60,069 nt of DNA from an uncultured Methanosarcinales archaeon (GTDB lineage Archaea; Nanobdellota; Nanobdellia; Woesearchaeales; GW2011-AR9): contig CAZGQD010000007.1 in the NCBI GenBank assembly GCA_964527395.1, forward strand, positions 8,654 to 68,722. Direction: 5' to 3'. Shown here piece by piece: positions 9,876 through 17,957 of the stretch. Position 1 is the first letter of the stretch. Every line of letters starts with the position of its first letter. The position numbers and the translations under genes were made by a program. Below the pieces are notes generated by a model, which was given only the letters and a program-made list of their open reading frames with translations, made no database searches and was not told the origin of the DNA.

Positions 9876-10436
9876 ATGGGTGAAAAAGTGCAAAAAACTA
9901 GAATTTCTGCGGAACAGATACAATTTGAAAGGCTTAAGGTTGACCACGATGTTTCTAATTTTGAGTCTTATGAGCAAGAATTAGTTGATTTTCTGCAAGA
10001 AGATGCTTTAGATAACCAAAAAAAGCAAATTTCGGTGACCTACTTGTGTTTTTTGAGAACAGATGAATTGATTGGTTATGTAACTTTATCAGATGATAGA
10101 ATTAAGTTAGAAGGAGGGCTTAGACAAAGATTTTTGGGAAAAGGAATCCCTTATAGAGCATTGCCTGCTTTGAAAATTGGTCGTTTATGTGTTGATAATA
10201 AGTTTATTAGAAGAGGAGTTGGGACTTTGATCATGGCCTTTGCAACAAATGTGGCCGAAAACATATTTTCAGACTATTCAGGCTGTAGGTTTGTTGTTTT
10301 GGATGCAAAAAGAAATGAAGAAAATGATGTTGTTAGGTTTTACCAGAGAATTGGGTTCAAAATTATTAGAGAAAAGAAAAAAGGCAATAGTCCAATGTAT
10401 TTAGACTTAGTTAATAACCTTAAATTTAGTATTTAG
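9876..10436 (+). CDS. GNAT acetyltransferase, TacT/AtaT-like toxin type (copy 1)
   Basis: LPALKIGRLCVD...RRGVG acetyl-CoA motif, GCRFVVLDAK, FYQRIGF. Confidence 0.85.
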   Translation: MGEKVQKTRISAEQIQFERLKVDHDVSNFESYEQELVDFLQEDALDNQKKQISVTYLCFLRTDELIGYVTLSDDRIKLEGGLRQRFLGKGIPYRALPALKIGRLCVDNKFIRRGVGTLIMAFATNVAENIFSDYSGCRFVVLDAKRNEENDVVRFYQRIGFKIIREKKKGNSPMYLDLVNNLKFSI

Positions 10437-10559
10437 GGCTTTTTTAATGAAAGCAATACGTCTTGGATCAGGATTAGTCTCCTCTTTTCTCATTTTTTCT
10501 ATGAATTTGTATGCTTCTTTGCCCCTTAAGGTAGGAGTTGCTTCAATTGGTTTTGCCAT
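10407..10559 (-). CDS. 50-aa putative antitoxin/partner peptide (copy 1), absent from the ORF track
   Basis: Manual translation MAKPIEATPTLRGKEAYKFIEKMRKEETNPDPRRIAFIKKALNTKFKVIN. 36/50 identical to copy 2, with a conserved upstream promoter-like sequence. Confidence 0.8.
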   Translation of the reverse strand: MAKPIEATPTLRGKEAYKFIEKMRKEETNPDPRRIAFIKKALNTKFKVIN

Positions 10560-10610
10560 AGTTTGTTTATAGGAAGTGTTTTTTAATAAAAGTTTCTATT
10601 GAGTAACTTT

Positions 10611-10658
10611 CTCTTGAAGATAGTAAGTTCAAACTCACCTTTGTCTTGCGTTGATTCT
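10611..10658 (-). pseudogene. Duplicated 3' fragment of folA (ESTQDKGEFELTIFK)
   Basis: 30-bp block 10629-10658 identical to 11509-11538 inside folA; the adjacent differences are synonymous. Confidence 0.9.
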
Positions 10659-10711
10659 CTGCTTTTATTGCTTTAAAACACACAATTGAGTATCTAAATT
10701 CTTTTAATGAA

Positions 10712-11281
10712 GTGACTTACAAGACTATTTTGATGGTCGAAGAAAGAACAAAAGTGAAGATCACTGTTGATCAAATACAAATTGAAGTGATCAATGAAGA
10801 TTATGATGTAACTAGGTTTAGGTCTTATGAAAATGATTTAGCTAAGTTCTTAGTTGAAGATGCACTTGATAATCAAAAACAGTTCCTATCTTTGACATTT
10901 TTGTGGTTTTTTGAAGGCAGATTGGTGTCTTATATTACCATATTAAATGATAAAATCAATCTTAAAGGAGATTTGAAAGATTTCTTTAAGCAAAAAGGCA
11001 TCCATTATGGCTCTCTTCCAGCTTTGAAAATTGGTCGTTTGTGTGTAGATGACAGATTTGTTAGAAGAGGACTTGGTAAATTAATGATTCAGTCAGCCAT
11101 TTCTATTGCTAATAAGCTAAATACTAGTTGGTCTGGGTGTAGATTCATTACGTTAGATGCAAAAAGAAACGATAATCCTAGTAAAGATCCACTCAATTTC
11201 TATAAAAAACAAGGATTTAAGGTTTTGAAAGAGAAGAATGGAAGCACTACACCAATGTTTCTTGACTTGAAACTTATTTAG
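10712..11281 (+). CDS. GNAT acetyltransferase, TacT/AtaT-like toxin type (copy 2; ATG start may be 10733)
   Basis: LPALKIGRLCVDDRFVRRGLG, GCRFITLDAK, FYKKQGF. Paralog of 9876..10436. Confidence 0.85.
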   Translation: MTYKTILMVEERTKVKITVDQIQIEVINEDYDVTRFRSYENDLAKFLVEDALDNQKQFLSLTFLWFFEGRLVSYITILNDKINLKGDLKDFFKQKGIHYGSLPALKIGRLCVDDRFVRRGLGKLMIQSAISIANKLNTSWSGCRFITLDAKRNDNPSKDPLNFYKKQGFKVLKEKNGSTTPMFLDLKLI

Positions 11282-11426
11282 GAAAATTGAACTTAATGTT
11301 TAAAGCTTCTCTGATAAATGCAATACGTCTTGGATCAGGGTTAGTTTCTTCTTTAATCATGTTTTCTATGAAACGTTTAGCATCTTCTCCTTCTAATGTA
11401 GGTGTTGCTTCAATTGGTTTTGCCAT
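11274..11426 (-). CDS. 50-aa putative antitoxin/partner peptide (copy 2), absent from the ORF track
   Basis: Manual translation MAKPIEATPTLEGEDAKRFIENMIKEETNPDPRRIAFIREALNIKFNFPK. Confidence 0.8.
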   Translation of the reverse strand: MAKPIEATPTLEGEDAKRFIENMIKEETNPDPRRIAFIREALNIKFNFPK

Positions 11427-11462
11427 AATTTGTTTATATGGTGTGTTTTTTAATAAATATTT

Positions 11463-12011
11463 CTATTGATTTGTTATTATTGTGTCTTTCTTTTTGAAAA
11501 TAGTCAGCTCAAACTCACCTTTGTCTTGCGTTGATTCTTCTTTCCAAGCGTTCCAATTAATTTCTGGGAACTTAGTGTTACCTTCATATTCATGCTTTAT
11601 AAAGGAGATGTGCATTGTGTCTGCGTATTGTTCTAAAAGTTTGTATATTTGAGCTCCACCAATGATGAAGATGTCTTTTTCGTGGGTTTTGGCTAGTTGG
11701 ATGGCTTCTTCTGGTGAGTTTGCTATCTCTAATTTCGAGCATAGCTCTCTTGACTTGGCTCTTTCATCGCCAAGTATTGCTTCATTTGTGTCTGCTTGAT
11801 TCCAGCTTCTGGAGAGAATGATATTTACTCTGTTTGGGAGAGGTCTGAACTTTTTTGGGATTGATTCGTAGGTTTTTCTACCCATGATAACTACACTATT
11901 GTTTGTTAAAAGTTTGAAGTTCTTTAAGTCTGCTGGGATGTTCCAAGGAAGTTTGTTGTCTTTACCAATGATTTTGTGGGTTTTAGTCATAGCAGCTATA
12001 ATTGAGATCAT
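11463..12011 (-). CDS. folA: Dihydrofolate reductase with internal insertion
   Basis: IIAAM...IIGKDNKLPW..PADL..FK, VIMGRKTYESI, RPLPNRVNIILSR, IFIIGGAQIY, GNTKFP. Confidence 0.95.
   Translation of the reverse strand: MISIIAAMTKTHKIIGKDNKLPWNIPADLKNFKLLTNNSVVIMGRKTYESIPKKFRPLPNRVNIILSRSWNQADTNEAILGDERAKSRELCSKLEIANSPEEAIQLAKTHEKDIFIIGGAQIYKLLEQYADTMHISFIKHEYEGNTKFPEINWNAWKEESTQDKGEFELTIFKKKDTIITNQ
11731..11801. repeat. Palindromic element copy lying in frame inside folA
   Basis: TTCGAGCATAGCTCTCT..ACTTGGC-loop-GCCAAGTAT matches the intergenic element at 53102-53143; TCGAGCA pairs with TGCTTGA at 11793-11799. Confidence 0.7.
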
Positions 12012-12079
12012 GTGTTTGAGGTTGTTTGGGTTGTTTATAAAGGTGCTTGTGGAAAAGAGGGAAATTAAAAAGATAGAAT

Positions 12080-12835
12080 TTAGTAATCTGCAAATGGATT
12101 TGGCAATGAATTAACTCTTTCTTTTTCCCTCCATCTTTGGTAAGCATTTCTTAATAAGCTAATCCCTTCATCACCTTTAAAGATTAATTCAAAATCAATA
12201 GGAAATGTTGAATTAGGGTCCCTATCTCTGAAAACATAATTGTATGTCCCTAACTCAACGTACTCCTTTTCAAAGGCAGTTTTCAATTCATCTTTGGTTA
12301 AAACGAATCTAACTAATCTCTTATAATTAGGATCATTCACAAATTCATCAGTAGTATTAAAATAACTTGTATGAACAGAATCATGCCAAAAAAGATCATG
12401 ACTTGAACCTAAATCTGAACTGCTTTCACCCCATTTTATTACTTCTTCTTCAGACAATACTCTCGTTAAAATTATTTCATCTTTAAAGTTTTCTAATAAG
12501 TACATATTTATTGGTTTTGGAGTTAAGTTTTCAATTGTTCCATTGATTTTATAGATAGAATATTGAGATTTTTTATTAGAAGTGTGAGTTCCCAAAGGTA
12601 TAAGATGGCCGTTATACTCAAGGAAACTTCTATTTCTTCTTAAAGATCTTCCAAATCTCTTTACAGTAATATCGACATGGTGGGTTCTTCTACCATGCTG
12701 AAGATCCAATAGTCTATTTCTACTGTCCCTAATTGTATCAGTTACCCAATATCTTACTATTTCTTGTGATTCAGAATTAGATACTCCAAATAAATGCCAA
12801 TTGTTATTTATTATGTCAAAAAGACTTAAACCCAT
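12080..12835 (-). CDS. Hypothetical protein between thyA and folA
   Basis: 251-aa ATG ORF. No family motif recognised. Confidence 0.6.
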   Translation of the reverse strand: MGLSLFDIINNNWHLFGVSNSESQEIVRYWVTDTIRDSRNRLLDLQHGRRTHHVDITVKRFGRSLRRNRSFLEYNGHLIPLGTHTSNKKSQYSIYKINGTIENLTPKPINMYLLENFKDEIILTRVLSEEEVIKWGESSSDLGSSHDLFWHDSVHTSYFNTTDEFVNDPNYKRLVRFVLTKDELKTAFEKEYVELGTYNYVFRDRDPNSTFPIDFELIFKGDEGISLLRNAYQRWREKERVNSLPNPFADY

Positions 12836-12888
12836 TTAACCCGTAAAAAGAGACAGTTTTTAAAAATATATCTTCAATTTGCTTTAAA

Positions 12889-13788
12889 TCAAACAGAAAT
12901 TGGAGCTTTAATAGGTGGATGAGGGTCGTAGTTCTCTACTTTGATGTCTTCGAAAGTAATGTCAAACAGATTTGTCTTGTCTTTGTTGATTGTTAGATTT
13001 GGAAGTGGTCTTGGCTGTCTTTGCAGCTGTTCTCTTGTTTGGTCTAAATGGTTCAAATATAGATGCACATCGCCGCCAGTCCAAACAAAAGTGCCTGGTT
13101 CTAAGCCGCAGTGTCTTGCAACCATAATAGTAAGAAGTGCGTAAGAAGCAATATTGAAAGGTACGCCTAAGAAGACATCGCAACTTCTTTGGTATAATTG
13201 GCAAGATAGTTTTTTGTTTGTTACATTGAATTGGAATAGGCAATGGCAAGGTGGTAAGAGCATGTTTTGGATCTGAGTTGGGTTCCAAGCACAAATAATC
13301 ATTCTTCTACTATGTGGGCTTTGTTTGATTAGTTCCAAAGTGTTTTTTAATTGGTCAACACCGTTAAAATCACGCCACTGTTTACCGTAAACAGGACCAA
13401 CATCGCCCCATTTCTTTGCGAACTCTTCGTTTGTCTTGATTTGTTCTAGATACTCTTTCATTCTTGCTTTCCAAGCTTCACTGTATTTAGGATAGAGTTC
13501 TTCCAAATTATTTTGTTTTAAGAAATTTTGATAAGGCCATTCGTTCCAAATGTTTACTTTGTTTTCCACTAAGTATTTGATGTTGGTGTCGCCCTTTATA
13601 AACCACAACAGTTCGTGTGTTATTGCTCTCATGTAAGTCTTTTTGGTAGTTAGAAGTGGAAAACCTTTGCTAAGATCAAAGCGCATCTGGTAACCAAAAG
13701 TGCCTAAAGTGCCAGTACCCGTTCTGTCTTCTTTTTTCTCGCCGTTTTCTAGGACGTGTTTAAGTAAATCTAAGTATTGTTGAACCAT
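12889..13788 (-). CDS. thyA: Thymidylate synthase, bacterial type
   Basis: [64 protein letters not shown]. Confidence 0.97.
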   Translation of the reverse strand: MVQQYLDLLKHVLENGEKKEDRTGTGTLGTFGYQMRFDLSKGFPLLTTKKTYMRAITHELLWFIKGDTNIKYLVENKVNIWNEWPYQNFLKQNNLEELYPKYSEAWKARMKEYLEQIKTNEEFAKKWGDVGPVYGKQWRDFNGVDQLKNTLELIKQSPHSRRMIICAWNPTQIQNMLLPPCHCLFQFNVTNKKLSCQLYQRSCDVFLGVPFNIASYALLTIMVARHCGLEPGTFVWTGGDVHLYLNHLDQTREQLQRQPRPLPNLTINKDKTNLFDITFEDIKVENYDPHPPIKAPISV

Positions 13789-13914
13789 TTTTGCAGCTTC
13801 TTTAGCTTGTTTTTGAGTTTAGTATTTAAATGGATTATGGTGCTGTGGGATAGAAGTGGAAAGAGTAATATTTTTAAGAGGTTAATTTATATATTGTTTA
13901 AGGTTCGCCTAATA

Positions 13915-15216
13915 ATGGTATTTGATGCTAGTAAGTATTTGTATTCCCTTCAACACTTTGGTGTGAAGTTAGGGCTTTCGCGTATGGAGAAACTAATGTC
14001 AGTGCTTGGTGATCCTCATGCTTCTTTTGCTACAGTGCATGTGGCAGGAACAAATGGGAAAGGGTCTGTTTGTGCAATGCTGGCTTCTGTGCTTAAAGCT
14101 GCTGGGTTTAAAGTTGGGCTTTATACTAGTCCACATTTAGTTAAGTTTAATGAAAGAATTAGTGTTGTTGGTGAAGCAATTAGTGAGGAGGATTTGTCTT
14201 CTATAACTTTGTCAATTAAGGAACGTTTTAATGACAGTAAAATTACTTTTTTTGAGTTTACAACAGCTGTGGCGTTTGAGTATTTTGCTCGAGAAGGTGT
14301 TGATATTGCGATAATTGAAGTTGGACTTGGGGGTCGGCTAGATGCAACTAATGTGATTAAACCAATTGTGTCTGTGATTACTAATATTGACCTTGACCAT
14401 ACAAAAGTTCTTGGTGAAACACGTTCTGAAATTGCTTTTGAGAAAGGAGGGATCATAAAAAGTGGAGTGCCGGTTGTTTGTGGTGAACGTAACACTGAGA
14501 TAATATCTTTGTTTGAGAAGATTTGCTCTGAGAGAAGGAGTGAAATATTTTCTGTTGATTATAATTATTCTATTTTGTCGTCTACAATTCATGAGCAAAA
14601 GTTTAGTTATGGTGGTTTGGAGTTTAAGCTTTCTTTGCTTGGTGAACATCAAATAGGTAATGCCTGTATAGTGTTAAAAGTACTTGAGTTACTTAGATCT
14701 AAGGGTTTTAATGTTTCTAAAGAAGCTATTGATGTTGGGTTTGCTGCTGTAAAATGGCCTGGGCGTTTACAAGTATTGTCTGAAAAACCGTTAGTAATGC
14801 TTGATGGCGCACATAATCCTGCTGGAATGGCTAAGTTGGAGGAATTTTTGAGTGAGAAATTGTTTGCAGAGACTCCTTTTGATAAGTTAGATGAAGAAAA
14901 GGCTAAAAATCCTGCTTTTGATAGGAAAAATGTATGTGTAATTGGAATATCTACTGGTAAAGATGTTGAGTGGATCTTTGAGAAGATTTCTGAATACTTT
15001 CAATCTGTGATAATTACTGAAGCTTCACATAGAGCTATTGCTAAAGAAGAGTTGGCCGAGGTTGCTGATTACTATTTTACTGGAATTGAGATTTCTGAGA
15101 TTGGATCTGCTTTAGATTTGGCTAAAGAGAAAGTTGGAGCTGATGGGTTTGTGCTGGTTACTGGATCATTGTATGTAATTGGTGATGTTTTAGCTGGGAT
15201 TGAAGGTAAAATGTAG
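13915..15216 (+). CDS. folC: Dihydrofolate synthase/folylpolyglutamate synthase
   Basis: VHVAGTNGKGS, YTSPHL..FNERI, FFEFTT, EVGLGGRLDATN, KWPGR, LDGAHNP, VTGSLYVIG. ATG 13915 preferred over TTG 13777. Confidence 0.95.
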   Translation: MVFDASKYLYSLQHFGVKLGLSRMEKLMSVLGDPHASFATVHVAGTNGKGSVCAMLASVLKAAGFKVGLYTSPHLVKFNERISVVGEAISEEDLSSITLSIKERFNDSKITFFEFTTAVAFEYFAREGVDIAIIEVGLGGRLDATNVIKPIVSVITNIDLDHTKVLGETRSEIAFEKGGIIKSGVPVVCGERNTEIISLFEKICSERRSEIFSVDYNYSILSSTIHEQKFSYGGLEFKLSLLGEHQIGNACIVLKVLELLRSKGFNVSKEAIDVGFAAVKWPGRLQVLSEKPLVMLDGAHNPAGMAKLEEFLSEKLFAETPFDKLDEEKAKNPAFDRKNVCVIGISTGKDVEWIFEKISEYFQSVIITEASHRAIAKEELAEVADYYFTGIEISEIGSALDLAKEKVGADGFVLVTGSLYVIGDVLAGIEGKM

Positions 15217-15267
15217 TTTAGTTTTGAAAAGATCGATTAATTTGAGGCGTATTTGTGTTTCTTCTTG

Positions 15268-15283
15268 GAGTTCGCATAATGTT
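15268..15283 (+). repeat. GAGTTCGCATAATGTT motif copy 4
   Basis: Exact match, 51 nt after the folC stop, at the left edge of the lipoprotein/PP2C islet. Confidence 0.85.
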
Positions 15284-15384
15284 TGTGGTTGTGTCTGTTT
15301 CATATATGATTAACCTACAGATAGTAGTGTTTTTCGTGATTTTAACTGGTTATATTTATAAAAAAGAGCCATATTTTGAGCTTA

Positions 15385-16206
15385 ATGAGAGATTCATCAA
15401 GATTGGTTGGATTAGCTGGGTTTTTAGGAGCAGGATTAACTAGTTCTGGCTGTGGTTCAGATTGGATTATAACTAGTGCGCCGCTTTTTGCAGATAAGAC
15501 TATTGTAGAAGAATGTGCATCACTTAGTAGAATTTCTGATTACGAAGATATTTGTGCTGTGTTCGCAGATGGAGAGCAAGTAGCAGAAGATAATTGTAAT
15601 TATGGGTTTTTAGCTTCGCAAAATAGAGTTGACCAGTTCATTGATAGAGAGTTAGCTGAAGGTGAATATGAAGTTTTCCCTATTATAAGTGAAACTGAAA
15701 TTTTGACAGGCACAGGGTATTCTTCAGTAGAAGGAAGTCTAGTCAGTTTAGCAGAAAATCAAAGTGTAGATTTGGTTAAGAAAAATGTAGTAATTGGACA
15801 GCATTATGAGGAAACTTTTTTGACTTGTTCTTATGCTTGGCTAGAAGGAGAAAATGTATGTGATGAAGGCCTATATTCAAGTTCTACAAAAATAGGAATG
15901 GGTGTTGAATATAATGGAGAAGAACTTCATGAAATTGTTGATGTTTTAAGTGGAATTGGGATTTCATTGAAAAGTAATGTATTATATGATGTAGAATGGG
16001 ATTGTTTTAGAATTTATGCTGGTGCTAACTTAGAAGTAGAAAATGATTCAGGAGAAACTACTTTTTCCAATACGAGAATAGGAGAATTTGATTCTTTAGA
16101 TGCTGCTGAAACATTAACAGTTGATTTTGTTGATAGTGTTCATGATTATCATGAATTATTTGATAGCTACGTTATTAGTGGTAGTGATACTGGAAATTAT
16201 GAATAA
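15385..16206 (+). CDS. Acidic Cys-rich lipoprotein, paralog 1
   Basis: Gly-rich signal ending SSGC; CASL, GYS-x5-LVSL, CSY-x4-G-x-N-x-C, Y-x-VE-x2-C shared with paralogs. Confidence 0.8.
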   Translation: MRDSSRLVGLAGFLGAGLTSSGCGSDWIITSAPLFADKTIVEECASLSRISDYEDICAVFADGEQVAEDNCNYGFLASQNRVDQFIDRELAEGEYEVFPIISETEILTGTGYSSVEGSLVSLAENQSVDLVKKNVVIGQHYEETFLTCSYAWLEGENVCDEGLYSSSTKIGMGVEYNGEELHEIVDVLSGIGISLKSNVLYDVEWDCFRIYAGANLEVENDSGETTFSNTRIGEFDSLDAAETLTVDFVDSVHDYHELFDSYVISGSDTGNYE

Positions 16207-16312
16207 AGTGGACAATATAGTAGTGGACTTGCTGCAGGAGAATTGAACAGAGTGTCTGTTTTTAACTTATATGAATGAAAATAACAATTGAATTTAGTGA
16301 GGAATTATAAAA

Positions 16313-17074
16313 ATGACAAATAGATTAGGATTAGTTGGATTATTAGGAGCAGGGTTAAGTAGTGGGTGTGTTCCGGAATATCGTGCAGTTCCACAAATGG
16401 GATCTGTTATGGTTACAGATGAAACTATTACTGATTGTGCTTCATTATTTTTGCTAGATGATGCTGGACTTTGTGACACTTTCATTGATGATAGTACTGC
16501 AAAAGGACTGTGTCTTAATAACTATGCTGCAGCTCAAGATGAAGCATTAGGATTATTAGAATTGGCAGATACTGCTGAAGGTAGCTTAGTAGGGAGTTTA
16601 GAAGGTGAAGGTAGTTTTTCAAGTTCTCTTGGATATTCGGCTGATCAAGAGGCATTAGTTAGTTTAGATCAAGCAGAAACTGTTGATACAATTGAAAGGT
16701 TTTTTACTGTTTTTCAGAATTCTTCTGATAGTCCGTTCTTTTCTTGTAGTTACATTAAAGCAGCAGGAGGAAATGCATGTGAAGATGCAGTGTATTTAGT
16801 CTCTGCATTTGCTGGGAATGAATTTGATTCAGAATTACCATTTGGTGAACAAGGAAATGTTAGGATTGATCTAACAAGACCTTTAAATTATGTTGTTGAA
16901 GAAGGATGTTATTCTGTTTTTGATGAAGCTATGCTAAATGTGAGCCCTTCTGTTGGAGAAGCTTTTATTGGGGCTACTGAAGGGAACTTAGACAATGCTT
17001 ATCTCTTAGATGCTGAAGCAAGAACAATTTCTGCTGTTGATTTTATCTTTGCAGCAGATGTGACTTATGATTAG
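16313..17074 (+). CDS. Acidic Cys-rich lipoprotein, paralog 2
   Basis: MTNRLGLVGLLGAGLSSGC signal and the same conserved motifs; GTGAGG ribosome site. Confidence 0.8.
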   Translation: MTNRLGLVGLLGAGLSSGCVPEYRAVPQMGSVMVTDETITDCASLFLLDDAGLCDTFIDDSTAKGLCLNNYAAAQDEALGLLELADTAEGSLVGSLEGEGSFSSSLGYSADQEALVSLDQAETVDTIERFFTVFQNSSDSPFFSCSYIKAAGGNACEDAVYLVSAFAGNEFDSELPFGEQGNVRIDLTRPLNYVVEEGCYSVFDEAMLNVSPSVGEAFIGATEGNLDNAYLLDAEARTISAVDFIFAADVTYD

Positions 17075-17138
17075 AATTGATTTTATTTTTTTATTTAATT
17101 AGCACATTGAAAAAAATTGAAAAAAGTGAGTGAATGAA

Positions 17139-17927
17139 ATGGGAAATAGATTTGGATTAAATGGAGTATTAAGTTTAGGAGTATTAAGCCTTGGAATTGG
17201 TAGTGGCTGTACTCCGCCATCTTGGTATCCTTTCCCTAAAAGTGATGATTACAATTTGAGTGAAGATGTTTATGAAGGTTGTGCTTCATTATATTCACAA
17301 GAAGATATTTCTGATTTATGTGAAGCTTTTTCTTTTGGAGATGAAAATTTGAATGCTTTATGTGTTGAAAATTATGAAAATGTTCAGGAGATTGGTTTAG
17401 AGTCTTTTGAGGGAATTATTGATGAAGTGCATGACTTAGCAGCAGGAGATGTTGAGAATACAGAAAGATTAACTACCACAACAGGATATTCTCTAGAAAG
17501 GGATGCTTTTATTAGCTTAGATGAAGGAGTTTCAGTTGGACTTAAAGAAAAGGCATTTGTTTTAAATGACAATGAATTTTTTGGTGGAACATATTTTGAT
17601 TGTAGATATATTTTGCTTGATGGTGACAATGTTTGTGATAACCCAAAATATTCTAGTTCTGTCCTGTTTAGCCATAACCTTCATGGAGATCAAAGTCTTG
17701 AAGGTTTTTTAAGTGGAAAAATTGAATTTGTTCGTAATATCCAATATGTTGTTGAAGAAGAATGTTTTGATGTTTTTTATGGAGCCGAATTGAATATTAA
17801 GAGAACAGGGATGGAGAGTTTTTCTGGCAATGCAAGTGTAGGTTATGAGAGCCTTTTATATGCAGAAACAGATTTAATAGATGCAGTTGATACAGCAACT
17901 GATGTGATCATGAATTATCAGTATTAA
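17139..17927 (+). CDS. Acidic Cys-rich lipoprotein, paralog 3
   Basis: MGNRFGLNGVLSLGVLSLGIGSGC signal and the same conserved motifs. Confidence 0.8.
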   Translation: MGNRFGLNGVLSLGVLSLGIGSGCTPPSWYPFPKSDDYNLSEDVYEGCASLYSQEDISDLCEAFSFGDENLNALCVENYENVQEIGLESFEGIIDEVHDLAAGDVENTERLTTTTGYSLERDAFISLDEGVSVGLKEKAFVLNDNEFFGGTYFDCRYILLDGDNVCDNPKYSSSVLFSHNLHGDQSLEGFLSGKIEFVRNIQYVVEEECFDVFYGAELNIKRTGMESFSGNASVGYESLLYAETDLIDAVDTATDVIMNYQY

Positions 17928-17957
17928 CTTATAAATAAACTACTTTTCTATTGAATT

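Noticed and set aside
11287-11469. 60-aa plus-strand ORF in the track
   Set aside because: It is the antisense shadow of the conserved 50-aa minus-strand peptide.
13418-13426. TGCGAACTC here and at 58588 as reverse-strand motif copies
   Set aside because: Only 9 bp match and both lie inside conserved coding sequence.
13901-13917. AGGTTCGCCTAATAATG before folC as a fifth motif copy
   Set aside because: It needs a 3-nt insertion and lacks the conserved flanks, so chance is likely.
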